Below are positions 29,101 through 37,749 of a stretch of 64,000 bases of DNA, piece after piece. The stretch lies in assembly GCA_052325425.1 (NCBI GenBank), contig JBKQUY010000045.1, positions 26,739-90,738 of the forward strand, in the 5' to 3' direction. This DNA is from Bacteroidia bacterium (GTDB lineage Bacteria; Bacteroidota; Bacteroidia; JABEUT01). The stretch's first letter is position 1, and each line of letters starts with the position of its first letter. The notes below the pieces were generated by a model, which worked only from the letters and a program-made list of their open reading frames with translations, searched no databases and was not told the DNA's origin. The position numbers and the translations under genes are program-made.

Positions 29101-29631
29101 CTGAACAGGTTGCCTGACAGCGCGCAGGCGATAGATGTTCCCTTAACCGCTATAGGAGTGGTTTCTGCTAACTACACCCTCGCAGCTACAGGCCTTGAAA
29201 GATTGAGTTCCTACAATTGTGTAACCCTCATAGACAAATCTTCAGGGCGGATACTGGCTAACTTTGAAGATTCTCCCGATTATACTTTTACAGTATCAAA
29301 TCCCGGCGAGGTGAAAAACTACATACTTCGTTTCACAAGGCTTGCTCCCGGCCAAACCTGTCAAAACCCTGATGGTATTTCTGAAATTAACATATTACCC
29401 GGCGAGATAAATATTATACCTGATGAAAGTGGCGCTACCGTGAAGTTTAATTTAACTGCTCCTTGTGATGCAATTGTTTCAGTATTTAATGTTTTAGGCC
29501 AAAAGATTGTTGGTGATATTACAACGGAAGCCTATAATAACAGCCTGCAGTTAAACCTGCCTGCAGGGCAAATATATATTGTCAGGGTGCAAACTCCCGA
29601 AGGTTTGGTTACTAAGAGAATCTATCATTAA
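23191..29631 (+). CDS. giant (~2146 aa) repetitive T9SS-secreted surface protein (adhesin-like)
   Basis: Signal peptide MRRILFCFCLCLMASTGAMA at ATG 23191. Extremely T/G/N/S/A-rich with ~12 recurring ..Q.IGG....TFYNLTI.. units. C-terminus VSVFNVLGQKIV..GQIYIVRVQTPEGLVTKRIYH resembles a T9SS CTD. Confidence 0.8.
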   Translation: MRRILFCFCLCLMASTGAMANVVTAKASGNWNDANTWTGGIPTNASTVTVAGGYTVTVDASAAAICNTLTIGTAAAATGTVLMGESGDATPSFNGPGKLTITGTMSILALGTLEANPAVSGTSTLSVAGTVTYSTTGVIDMAPNATSLCNVTIDAAANSNLFSGTGTTAITLNNLTISNTGAAGNNTVTLGTSNVTIASNLTVSNGIFALAARTLTLSTGNATISSGTTLSVTTGSLTLTDGNVTNSGTINLTGTGGVTMNGASATFTNNSTGTITVSTTGGLTLNGSSSYVSNSGSITYDAAGKLTAGGLINSGTITCGTASPTISGAVSNSGTISISTGTFTLSGSSGNLTITGTGTLSFSGAGALDIAGNFINDGLFTENTSTVTFNGSANQSISGTSAITFYSLTINNSSNSNTVSLGSNAGNSITVSEVLTLTKGIFDVGSNTLNVQTTFTDDNTIAGSFNAETQTVNMSGATINGTNTNALTFYNLNCNPGTGNTLTVQNNPVSPAAALIISNNLIISSGTFAIVAKYVEVEGDFTNNAAFTATTGTIDMNGTSSQTIGGTAATTTFGSLDIENTGSSGNNVVFLAQGMAITINHNVDITNGVLNCQTTSVTGNATGTFQMSSGTFLILGLQNNATTVSFPSAFTAANTTLSAGSTVVYQADAASQIISVTQTYANLCLYTGSTASTITLSGTPLTVAGSLDIGDSTSGGVTLSAGTNTIKLTGAGTSYNCLINSDGNITFSGAGTLDIADNFINNSTLADAGFSANTSTVDFDGTTAQSLGGSTATTFDNLTIDNTNASGVTLGKAITVSATLLLSNSAGHLDVGANNSVTVDGTFDNANTTAGAASFNAENGTVTFGTGATAISGAEATTFYNVNIDVAAIGTVSVTSTAAAPTEIISNALTLTSGTFAIAAKTIDLGGNLTNNATATSFSATTGTLVMDGSGAATQIIGGSAASTAFYNLIIDPVSNGTVQLGMPITVNGLLTLDATATLDVSVNDYGITCIKGWTNNGGTFNGRKGIVLFDGAQTLGGTASTTFNDVNIENGLLTISTAPTIQDTLQLLKVTSAGTFNNSVQVTIGNAFLNNSSTAFADAGAGIIEFTGNSFSSNYIGGSSGGTAAAITLKSLTVDLAHQTDVLYLDNEGITVKTALAIDEGILHCQKYNITGNAAGTFKMSAGTELVLGMQTDPTVVAFPSAYTAANITLTAGSTVIYQTDGGAQVISLVPTAYANLYLYSGSTAGTKTIAGNLTVDGNLTVGDSTSGGVTLTAVAHTVTVGGNVLTNSDGTISFSTGTFTITGNLTNNGTDSYTGTGAFGIQGNFTNNGTFTPVTTVATFNGTSTQTIGGTSTTSFYGLTISGTDVILAHNEIVTQNVSITSGTFDGGTGAYTLSVEGNFSDGATFTGDNGTVIMDGSAAQSIGGTETSNFYNLTINPSVGVTVSAGISENVSNNLQVSTGIMANTTYTLTVGGGVTIDNASTLSFSTGALKVGGNFSNSGTFTAGTSTTTFNGTATQTISGSSVTSFNNVNISGTDVVLGASEAANATATAFLSVNTGIFDLGAGGYTMSVAGNFTNSATFNGENGTLGIGGNFSNGGTFNEGTGTVKMNGTSAQSIGGGTAVTFYNLTIASTNTVTLSTSESFSNILTMNSGTLAASGSNTMTLLSNASATACVGTITGGTITANFIVQRYLPRTMAAYMSLSSPVYSPAETGTTSISGSNWTYYYGSLADWNINNRTSTDATFYMSGVHGPDGNAGSYTSVYNYTPPSTYTAISANFSSPSAANDYVIPQGGAVYLWIGYSLSKMAPYSYITHGVPVQGTIAAGSGFVGNPYPSSINWATFSAHNGLASYQVYTSGGSWTSSTSNIAMGQGFEVSGAVSFLETDKVVTAATLDAPDDAAPLQGNNIVTFTLYNDANEYWTPAIVSFGKNYSTSYNQKEDDALFLSSLLPDVPPLYTVSEDNKNLELNRLPDSAQAIDVPLTAIGVVSANYTLAATGLERLSSYNCVTLIDKSSGRILANFEDSPDYTFTVSNPGEVKNYILRFTRLAPGQTCQNPDGISEINILPGEINIIPDESGATVKFNLTAPCDAIVSVFNVLGQKIVGDITTEAYNNSLQLNLPAGQIYIVRVQTPEGLVTKRIYH

Positions 29632-29652
29632 TCTTTACACCCGGCGCACTTG

Positions 29653-32046
29653 CTATTGTTTTATGAATTTAACTGCCTGCGAACTTTCAGCAGTACTTAC
29701 TTTTATAAAGTAAGGGCCTGAAACAAGGCTGCTGACATCTATTGCAACTATTTTGCCATTGTTAATTGCAGCAGTTGAAGCCATCATTTCATTTCCGTAA
29801 ATATCAAATATTTTAATTACCGCTTCTTTCGCAATATTATTCATATCAAAAGCAAGTTTTAATATGCCGGCCGATGGGTTTGGATAAACGGATATCACAT
29901 CGGGTTCTGTAATACCGGGTATTCCCGCAATTAAAATTGTAACCGTAAATGAAACTGTATCAGGGCATCCGTAAGCGTTGGTACCTGTAACGGTAAATGT
30001 CGAATCAGCAGTTGGCGCAACTATGTCCGAATCACCTTGTATGCCTCCGTTCCAGGTAAAATTTATCCCGTTGTATGCCACTAATGTATCTTTTGAGCCA
30101 TTGGTTATAGAACTGCTTCCGCTTATTTTCAGGGCATTCTTAAATATATTTGCAGTGAAACTGCCTGTTGAAAAACAACCATCGGGTTCACCTACCGTTA
30201 CCATATAAGTGGTAGTGTCATGAGGCGAAACGATTATGGTGTCATTAGTGGAACCCGTGTTCCACTTGTATGTAAAAGGGCCTCCTGCAGCCTGAACCCA
30301 TATAGTATCATTTACGCCTTCGCATAGCCCAAAGAAGCTGCTTGAATTCATCCCTGTAATCAAAGGCGTTGAATCGACACTTATTGTTATATGGGCACTG
30401 TCAATGCAATAATTGCCATCGGTTACCCAAAGCTCAAATGATGTATCAGACTGCGGCATTACTATAATGGATTGAGTCGCTGCGTTTGTGCTCCAAAAGA
30501 ACTGAAAAGGCGCTGTACCTGTTATGTTGCCGGTAAGAGTATCATTTGCCCCATTGCAATCGGAAGTTTTGCCTGTAATATTTGCAACCGGATGAGCATA
30601 TACTAAAACTGAAACCGAATCGCTTACAGTACAAAAACTATCTGCCACTGATAATGTATAAGTTGTCGCAACCGAAGGGCTTACTATCAGGGTATCGCTG
30701 CTACTGCCAGTACTCCATGAATACGTATATGGTCCGCCAGAAACCTGTTCCCATACAGTATCATTAATACCAAGGCAAATACCCCCGGAAATACTGCTGT
30801 AATTTATTCCAAAAAGCAGGGGTGCTGGATTAACTTTTATCTCAATTTTTGCACTATCTGCGCAATTGTTGGAATCGGTTACCCAAAGTGCAAATGAAGA
30901 ATCTGCCATAGGAGCAACAATTACACTTTGCGTTGATTCATTTGTACTCCACAGGTATTGTAATAAGCCACCCCCGGTGGCATTGCCATTCAGCGTATCA
31001 TTCACACCTGAGCAGATGGGCGATTTACCTGTAATGCTTACTACCGGGGGCAAAAAGACAATTACTGTATCGGTGTCAATAGCTGAGCAACCATACGCGT
31101 CAGTGACTTTAACCGTATAAACGCTTGATGCCGTGGGGCGCACAGCAATTGTATCATTGTTGCTGCCTGTATTCCAGCTATAGGTAAAAGGGCCGCTGCC
31201 CGTTGGTTGCTCCATGAGTGAGTCAATAGTTCCCTTGCATAATTGCGGAGTGTAAAGCGTGCTGACCAGGAGTTGAATATAGGCATTGCAATAAGTATTC
31301 AGCGCCCCGGTATCAGCCAGCCAGTTACCGGTTGAACCGGTCAGCGCAAAATTTTCCAATGCTAAATTATTTCCATTACCGCTGCTGTCGCTTAAAATAT
31401 TTATAGCTGAATCATTTGCAGCAGATAAGCCTTCATTAAAATAATATAGCCCCAATAACCCCGCATCGGAGGGAGAAACCTGGCACGATAATTGTGAACT
31501 GATTTCACCGGCGCATAAAGGACGGTTCCAGAAAACTACTTCATCTATGCTCCCATAAAAAAAACCAGAATTATTTCCATTGGTTCCCACCTGGAATGAG
31601 TCTGACCCTAATACAATAGCATTTGGCGCAAGGGTACTGGTAAATGAGCTTGCGACACCATCTAAATAAAACGCCCATGTGCCGGAATTCCTTACCAATG
31701 TGAGCATTTGCCAGGCGCCTGCAGATAGCCGGGCATGAAGGCTTAACAGTGCAATTCCTCCCAATTTAAGGTAAAGGGAATCATTGTTATTTATGTAAAT
31801 AGCATAACCGGTGCAACATGCAGAACCATTTAACAGGATACATTGGTTTGAATCTGTTACACCCGACCATTTTACCCGCGCTTCTAAAGTGAAATTGTTT
31901 ACATTACCTGCAAATGCAGGAGCAGTGCAATAACTGCCGGTACCATTAAAATTAAGTACCTGTCCGTTTTGGGAAAAAACAGGCAATGACCATGTAAAGA
32001 GGATAAACAATAAAGGAAGTTTGAAAATAGAAGAGAATGTTTTCAT
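29653..32046 (-). CDS. LamG-like (concanavalin A-type lectin) domain protein with tandem Cys-containing Ig-like repeats and T9SS C-terminal domain
   Basis: Signal peptide MKTFSSIFKLPLLFILFTWSLPVFSQ. LNFNG.GSY..FTLEARVKW..WQMLTLV..GTWAFYLDG (LamG pattern). C-terminus [35 protein letters not shown]. Confidence 0.8.
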   Translation of the reverse strand: MKTFSSIFKLPLLFILFTWSLPVFSQNGQVLNFNGTGSYCTAPAFAGNVNNFTLEARVKWSGVTDSNQCILLNGSACCTGYAIYINNNDSLYLKLGGIALLSLHARLSAGAWQMLTLVRNSGTWAFYLDGVASSFTSTLAPNAIVLGSDSFQVGTNGNNSGFFYGSIDEVVFWNRPLCAGEISSQLSCQVSPSDAGLLGLYYFNEGLSAANDSAINILSDSSGNGNNLALENFALTGSTGNWLADTGALNTYCNAYIQLLVSTLYTPQLCKGTIDSLMEQPTGSGPFTYSWNTGSNNDTIAVRPTASSVYTVKVTDAYGCSAIDTDTVIVFLPPVVSITGKSPICSGVNDTLNGNATGGGLLQYLWSTNESTQSVIVAPMADSSFALWVTDSNNCADSAKIEIKVNPAPLLFGINYSSISGGICLGINDTVWEQVSGGPYTYSWSTGSSSDTLIVSPSVATTYTLSVADSFCTVSDSVSVLVYAHPVANITGKTSDCNGANDTLTGNITGTAPFQFFWSTNAATQSIIVMPQSDTSFELWVTDGNYCIDSAHITISVDSTPLITGMNSSSFFGLCEGVNDTIWVQAAGGPFTYKWNTGSTNDTIIVSPHDTTTYMVTVGEPDGCFSTGSFTANIFKNALKISGSSSITNGSKDTLVAYNGINFTWNGGIQGDSDIVAPTADSTFTVTGTNAYGCPDTVSFTVTILIAGIPGITEPDVISVYPNPSAGILKLAFDMNNIAKEAVIKIFDIYGNEMMASTAAINNGKIVAIDVSSLVSGPYFIKVSTAESSQAVKFIKQ

Positions 32047-32155
32047 TAAATGAATCTGAAACACTTTGCAAAGATAGGCAATGCAGCATTCTTTCCACAG
32101 AAACAAATGGATTATTTCCTGTTAATCGCCTCAATTTCCGATAATAATATTTTGG

Positions 32156-32809
32156 CTAAATTTTTATCTTCTCACCTAAAAAATGGGGAGTTGTGTGCAA
32201 TACATATAAGTCGAGTACAGCTTTAAATTTAGCAAAATATTCCCTTATTTTGGTTTGAACGGAGAACATGGAAGGAGGGTCCAGCGCATTGTAACCTATT
32301 GCGTGCTTATTGTAATAATTGGCAATGAATATGGCACGTTCATTGTGGAAAGCCTGTGAAATTACGGTAACACTGTCCTGCCCGAAAATTTCGAAACAGC
32401 GCACCATCGAATCGAGGGTGCGGAAACCGGCATAATCGAGGGTGATGCAGGAATCAGGGACACCTTGTTTTATTAACGAGTCCTTCATAAATTTAGCTTC
32501 GTCGTAATAGCTCAAATGGTTATCCCCGCTTACAATTATATGTTTTATTTTTCCTGCTTTATATAAGGCAACTGCAGCGTCAATCCTGTTTTTAAAAAAA
32601 GGATTTTCAATACCGTGCCATGTTTTATTTGTACCCAGCAGCAATCCAACCCTTCTAAACGGAACACTTTCAACACTATTATAAAGCTGGCTGCGGGTCG
32701 AAGAAATTACCCAATAATTGCAAAGCCAGGTGGCAGATACAAGAAGAATCAGCAACCCTGTTCCCCACTTTACTATTTTTAGGCCGGATAACTTTTTTAG
32801 CCGGGACAT
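32156..32809 (-). CDS. sanA: SanA/YdcF (DUF218) family envelope protein
   Basis: N-terminal TM, then IIVSGDNH..YDE...M...L...GVP...I.LDYAGFRTLDS..R...IF....TVISQ.FH..RA. Confidence 0.75.
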   Translation of the reverse strand: MSRLKKLSGLKIVKWGTGLLILLVSATWLCNYWVISSTRSQLYNSVESVPFRRVGLLLGTNKTWHGIENPFFKNRIDAAVALYKAGKIKHIIVSGDNHLSYYDEAKFMKDSLIKQGVPDSCITLDYAGFRTLDSMVRCFEIFGQDSVTVISQAFHNERAIFIANYYNKHAIGYNALDPPSMFSVQTKIREYFAKFKAVLDLYVLHTTPHFLGEKIKI

Positions 32810-32937
32810 TCTGCCGGGGTTTTTAATTTGAAAGTGAAAGTACAATATTTTTCAGGATAGCGATATGATTTTAAACAGCGCAAATATTTACTAAAGGTTT
32901 TAAGCCTGTTAATCGTCAAAACCATATAGGATACTCC

Positions 32938-33513
32938 ATGCCGGTAGAAATTGATATACAAGGATTAAAAGCTAAAAATGAAGATTCCTTCAGGCACCTG
33001 GTGGATACTTACGGCAAGGATATTTATAACCTATGCCTCAGCATAGTTCCGAATACCGAAGACGCTGAAGACCTTGCACAGGAAACCTTTGTAGAAGCAT
33101 TTAACAGCATTCATAGCTTCCGGGAAGGTTCGCATATAAAAACCTGGCTCTACCGCATTGCAATAAATAAATGCTATGACCATTTGAAATGGAGCAAAAG
33201 AAAAAAACGCCATGCCTTGCTGCAGCCTCTTTTTAACCGGGAAGAAGAGCCTATTGAAATTCCGAGCAACTTTCAGCACCCTGGAATAACCCTGGAAAAT
33301 AAAGAACATGCCAGAGTATTATATGCCGCGCTTGAAACATTGCCTGAAAACCAGCATACCGCATTTTTACTTTACGAAATGCAGGGCATGAATTACAAAC
33401 AAGTGGCTGAAACGATGTCGGTAACTGTATCATCGGTTGAAGCGCTGTTATTCAGGGCAAGGGCTGCATTGCGGAAAAAACTGCATAAATATTACTATGA
33501 CCACAAGTTTTAA
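32938..33513 (+). CDS. ECF-type RNA polymerase sigma-70 factor
   Basis: Region 2 (DAEDLAQETFVEAF..WLYRIAINKCYD) and region 4 (NYKQVAETMSVTVSSVEALLFRAR). Confidence 0.85.
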   Translation: MPVEIDIQGLKAKNEDSFRHLVDTYGKDIYNLCLSIVPNTEDAEDLAQETFVEAFNSIHSFREGSHIKTWLYRIAINKCYDHLKWSKRKKRHALLQPLFNREEEPIEIPSNFQHPGITLENKEHARVLYAALETLPENQHTAFLLYEMQGMNYKQVAETMSVTVSSVEALLFRARAALRKKLHKYYYDHKF

Positions 33514-33540
33514 AAAGCAAGAACGTCTAATTGTGCAGAG

Positions 33541-33900
33541 ATGGAAACAAACGATAACATAGAAAAAGAAATTGAACGTACGCTCGGGGCTGCAAAAAAT
33601 ATGAACCCTGCCGATGTTTCGCCTTTTTTTACAGAAAAAACGATGCAAAGAATTCGTTCGGCAAAGCAGGAGCCTTTTTTCTCTGCCACTTTTTTACTGA
33701 AGGCTGCGGCGGTATTGATACTTATCTGCCTTAATGTTTATACCATAAAATATGTATTGGAAACACCGGGGCAGATTCAACCCCAGCCTGCCTCAGCTAC
33801 TATTGATGACCTGGTTGACGATTACCAGGTTTCCGATAATGGGAATGACCTTTTAAATAATAAAATTGAAATACAGCATGAACAACCCGAAGCTCACTAA
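33541..33900 (+). CDS. single-pass membrane protein, candidate anti-sigma factor
   Basis: 119-aa ORF immediately downstream of the ECF sigma gene, with one TM (FLLKAAAVLILICLNVY). Confidence 0.5.
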   Translation: METNDNIEKEIERTLGAAKNMNPADVSPFFTEKTMQRIRSAKQEPFFSATFLLKAAAVLILICLNVYTIKYVLETPGQIQPQPASATIDDLVDDYQVSDNGNDLLNNKIEIQHEQPEAH

Positions 33901-34135
33901 CATACTACTCATAGTATTGATTGCCTGCAATGTTCTTTTTTTTGCAGGAATGCATTTCGCCAGGCATCATCGCCAACACAAGGACTTTAGTTATAACAAT
34001 TTTCGTGGAAGGGAACATGGCAGTTTTGGACGCTTCCACAGAGGTTTCGAAGCTTACCGTGGAAATTATGGAGGTTTTCACGGGGGCTTCCGGAACCATT
34101 ATCGCATGCGCGGTTGCAATAACTGCTGCAATTGA
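33878..34135 (+). CDS. small membrane-anchored His/Gly/Arg/Phe-rich protein ending in a Cys cluster (GCNNCCN)
   Basis: N-terminal anchor MNNPKLTNILLIVLIACN is homologous to that of the next gene. The ORF overlaps the preceding gene's 3' end in another frame. Confidence 0.45.
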   Translation: MNNPKLTNILLIVLIACNVLFFAGMHFARHHRQHKDFSYNNFRGREHGSFGRFHRGFEAYRGNYGGFHGGFRNHYRMRGCNNCCN

Positions 34136-34148
34136 TTCAAATTAAATA

Positions 34149-34667
34149 ATGTTAACTATGAATACCCGGCTTACCAATACCATATTAATCGTGCTGCTTT
34201 TGCTGAACCTGGCTTTTTTCGGAGGCTGGTGGATGCACATGAAATCGCGCAACAGGATGCACCGTGAAAACAATTTCCTGGAAAATATGAAAGATAAGGG
34301 AATGATGTTCCTTACCGGCCAGCTTGGTTTTGACAGTATCCAGGTGAAAAAAGCAGAGAAAATATTCCATGAACACTCAGACAAAATGCAGAAATACCAG
34401 TCGGAAATAGGCAGGCTGCAAAAGGAAATTTTCAAGTGCATGACAATGGATACCCCCGATAGCGCACATGCTTTTATGCTTGCCGACTCTGTGGGGGCAT
34501 GGAGAATAGCCGTTCAGAAAGAATTATTCATGAGTTCTGTTGCCATCAGGCAGATATGCGATGAGGGGCAAAAGAAAAAGTATGACGAACTCCTTCAAAA
34601 CATGACCAAACGACTTGGCCGCCAGTGGAATAGTCATGGAAGCTCAATGAGACACGATTCTTTGTAA
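34149..34667 (+). CDS. membrane-anchored periplasmic Spy/CpxP-like (heavy-metal-sensor-like) protein
   Basis: Anchor MNTRLTNTILIVLLLLN followed by a helical domain with LTxxQ-like segments (FDSIQVKKAEKIF). Confidence 0.45.
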   Translation: MLTMNTRLTNTILIVLLLLNLAFFGGWWMHMKSRNRMHRENNFLENMKDKGMMFLTGQLGFDSIQVKKAEKIFHEHSDKMQKYQSEIGRLQKEIFKCMTMDTPDSAHAFMLADSVGAWRIAVQKELFMSSVAIRQICDEGQKKKYDELLQNMTKRLGRQWNSHGSSMRHDSL

Positions 34668-34695
34668 CTTTGCACGCTCAATAATTATCCTGTTT

Positions 34696-37473
34696 ATGAA
34701 AAGGTTCTCCATAAGTGTCCTTATGTTTCTTATTGTCTCCGTATCTGCCAGTGCCCAGATGGGCGGCTGGGGCGGGGGTGGAGGCGGTTCGGCAATGAAA
34801 AGCCGCATGAATTCGGGGCATTTTTATGGGAAAGTGGTAGATAGCGCCACAGGCCAAAGCATACCCTTTGCAGCAGTGCAGCTAACAGGGCCAAAATGGG
34901 ATTCGGTTTCGAAAACTCTTAAAACAGCTATAATAGCAGGACAGCTTACTACAGAAAAAGGTGAATTCAGCCTGGAAAAAATACCTGTGGCAGGGCCCAT
35001 GTTTACGCCCATACAATATACACTGCAAATAAGTTCGATAGGATATAAAGTTTATACCAAAACCATTTCATTCGATTTGAGTAAAATGATGCAGAAAGTA
35101 AAAAAAATGCAGGCCGCGCAGAGTGGTGATAACAGCAACCCTACGGCGGGACTGGAAGGTGTAATTGATATTGTGGATAAAGATTTGGGCAATATAAAGC
35201 TTAGTTCAACAGCCCAGCAGTTAAAGGCAGTTACCATAAGCGGGGAGCCGCCGCCTATGGAAATAAAACTGGATAAAAGGGTTTTCGATGTTACCAAAAG
35301 TATTGTCAATGCCGGCGGCACAGCCGAAGATGTTTTAAAATCCATTCCGGCCGTGAATGTTGATATTGACGGAAACGTTACCCTGCGTAACGCTTCACCC
35401 CAGATTTATGTTGACGGCCTGCCAACCACGCTGACCATTGACCAGATACCCGCGGATGAAATTGATAAAATAGAAGTAATCACCAATCCTTCGGCAAAGT
35501 ATGACGCGGCTGCGGGTTCGGGCGGCATAATAAATATTATTATGAAGCATAACCAGGCGCTGGGTTACAACGGTTCAGTGCGTGGAGGAATTGACGAATA
35601 TGGTAAACTTATGGGTGGCCTCGACCTGAATGTGAGGGAGAAGAAAATAAATGTATTCGCTGATTTATTTTACAAGCAGATTCAGCATAAAATGTATGGT
35701 ACGGAAACAAAAACTGAAGCTGATACGGCAGAACAAAGCGCTACAATAAACACCCAACACCAGAATCCTTACATGAACCTTAACCAGCATGATACCAATA
35801 CTATGATAGGGTATTTTTCTTATGTGCGTGCCGGGTTCGATTATTTTATTGATAACCGTAATACATTAACCGTAAACGGCACCTATGCCACCGGGCACTT
35901 TTCTACTACTGACCTGTTGCATACCACTACCGATACCTTGCACGGCTCGAACCCGCAAGGAGCTTCAAACACATTCGAAAATTCCACTTCTACAAGATTA
36001 TTTAATAATGTTGGGGCATCGGTTTTGTTTAAACATCTCTACCCGAAAGATGAAGAGAATATTACGGCAAGTATCACTCTTAATCAGGGCAGCACTTCCG
36101 GTACAGGTACTTATGATATATCTAATTACAATACAAATGGAAATGAGATTTCGTACATACCAGAGCAGCAGACAAGCAATGGTGTAAGCGGCTATTATGT
36201 GGGTAAAGCTGATTTTACTGACCCGGTTACAAAAAAATCGAGAATTGAAGCAGGTGTAATGGCTACCGTAAATAATGTAAACAGTATAAGCGATATAAGC
36301 CTTGGTAATATTGAAATTGGAAATGAATCGGATACCGTTTCATATAACTCTCAGGTATATGCCGCCTATTTTACTTATAGTCATGATTTTGGCGCCTTGT
36401 TCAGCGCAATGGCCGGTATCAGGGCAGAGCAGTCGTTTTACAGTGGGCAGCAAAGTACTATGGCTAATGATGGGAATGACACTACCTATAAACTTTCCCC
36501 GCAAACGCTTTTATATTTTTTCCCCAGCGCATCCGCTACCTATCATTTAACAGAGAACACCGATTTGCAATTAAGCTATACCACCCATATTACCCGCCCC
36601 GGTTTCAGCCAGTTAGTGATTGAAAATTATTCTAATTCGACCAATGTTCAGATTGGCAATCCTAACCTGAAGCCAGCCTATATGAATTCATTTGAACTGA
36701 ACCTTATGAAGAGTTTTGACAGGAAAAACACCTTGCTGATTTCTGCCTATTATAAACTGACAGACAATATAATAACTACTCAGTTAGATTCATTTAGAAA
36801 TAACCCTCTCCTTAAGCAGGAGCAATATTTCAGCACGTATGAAAATGCTATTTCTGCCTATTCTGAAGGCCTGGAATTTACTTCGCAAAACTCAGTAAGC
36901 ACCTGGCTTGACCTGACCGCGAACATTAACTTTTTTGAATCGGGAATAGATGCCACCAACCTGAATATACCCGACACCGCAAAAAAATTCCTCAGCTATT
37001 TTGCCAAGCTTAACCTGACATTCAAATTACCTAAGAATTTCAGCATACAACTGAATAGTAATTATCTTTCAAAAGCCGAAGTACCTCCGGGTGGCAGTGG
37101 CGGCGGACGCTGGGGCGGAGGCGCATTCGGCGGCGGAATGGGTGGCGGTATTACTCCTTCGGCAAGCGGCTATATAGACCCGAATTACTGGATGGATGCT
37201 GCCATTAAAAAGGATATGCTGAAGAACAATAAGTTATCTTTGACATTCAGCGTAAAAGATATTTTTGCCACGGCAGTTTCCGGTACAAGCGTACTCGCCA
37301 CCAATCCAGAAGGTATTCCCTTATACTACCAGACCACTTCACGCCGAAGAGACCCGCGTTTCTTCCAGTTTACGGTAAGCTATAAGTTCGGGCAGACGGA
37401 TATGAGCTTGTTTAAAAAGAAAAACAATAACATTGATATGGGCCCCGATATGGGCGCCGGAGATGCGCAGTAA
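34696..37473 (+). CDS. outer-membrane beta-barrel / TonB-dependent-receptor-like protein with carboxypeptidase-regulatory-like N-domain
   Basis: Signal peptide. GKVVDSATGQSIPFAAVQL. Plug-like EDVLKSIPAVNVDIDGNVTLRN..IYVDGLP and IEVITNPSAKYDA. Terminal aromatic barrel strand region. Confidence 0.8.
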   Translation: MKRFSISVLMFLIVSVSASAQMGGWGGGGGGSAMKSRMNSGHFYGKVVDSATGQSIPFAAVQLTGPKWDSVSKTLKTAIIAGQLTTEKGEFSLEKIPVAGPMFTPIQYTLQISSIGYKVYTKTISFDLSKMMQKVKKMQAAQSGDNSNPTAGLEGVIDIVDKDLGNIKLSSTAQQLKAVTISGEPPPMEIKLDKRVFDVTKSIVNAGGTAEDVLKSIPAVNVDIDGNVTLRNASPQIYVDGLPTTLTIDQIPADEIDKIEVITNPSAKYDAAAGSGGIINIIMKHNQALGYNGSVRGGIDEYGKLMGGLDLNVREKKINVFADLFYKQIQHKMYGTETKTEADTAEQSATINTQHQNPYMNLNQHDTNTMIGYFSYVRAGFDYFIDNRNTLTVNGTYATGHFSTTDLLHTTTDTLHGSNPQGASNTFENSTSTRLFNNVGASVLFKHLYPKDEENITASITLNQGSTSGTGTYDISNYNTNGNEISYIPEQQTSNGVSGYYVGKADFTDPVTKKSRIEAGVMATVNNVNSISDISLGNIEIGNESDTVSYNSQVYAAYFTYSHDFGALFSAMAGIRAEQSFYSGQQSTMANDGNDTTYKLSPQTLLYFFPSASATYHLTENTDLQLSYTTHITRPGFSQLVIENYSNSTNVQIGNPNLKPAYMNSFELNLMKSFDRKNTLLISAYYKLTDNIITTQLDSFRNNPLLKQEQYFSTYENAISAYSEGLEFTSQNSVSTWLDLTANINFFESGIDATNLNIPDTAKKFLSYFAKLNLTFKLPKNFSIQLNSNYLSKAEVPPGGSGGGRWGGGAFGGGMGGGITPSASGYIDPNYWMDAAIKKDMLKNNKLSLTFSVKDIFATAVSGTSVLATNPEGIPLYYQTTSRRRDPRFFQFTVSYKFGQTDMSLFKKKNNNIDMGPDMGAGDAQ

Positions 37474-37640
37474 TAGCCCGAAAGAATATCGGATATTGAA
37501 TAAGGAATAATGAATGGCGAAGGAATACATGGCAGAGACTTTAATCTGGTAATTATTGCTTTGCGTGTTTTTGCGGGAATTTCTCCGCGTACTTTTCGGA
37601 AAATCTTTAGGAAGACCACTAAATAAAAAGATTAAAAAAT

Positions 37641-37741
37641 CACGGAGACCAAAAAGTTACACGGAGACAATTTTACGAATTCTCAGGCAGTGCTCTTGAA
37701 TGATTAGGTCCGTGTTTCTCTATGCCCTCTGTGTCTCCGTG
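37641..37741. repeat. REP-like element (CACGGAGAC x2 and inverted GTCTCCGTG)
   Basis: Direct copies at 37641-37649 and 37660-37668, with an inverted copy at 37733-37741. Lies in the intergenic region downstream of tmk. Confidence 0.5.
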
Positions 37742-37749
37742 GTGGGTAT

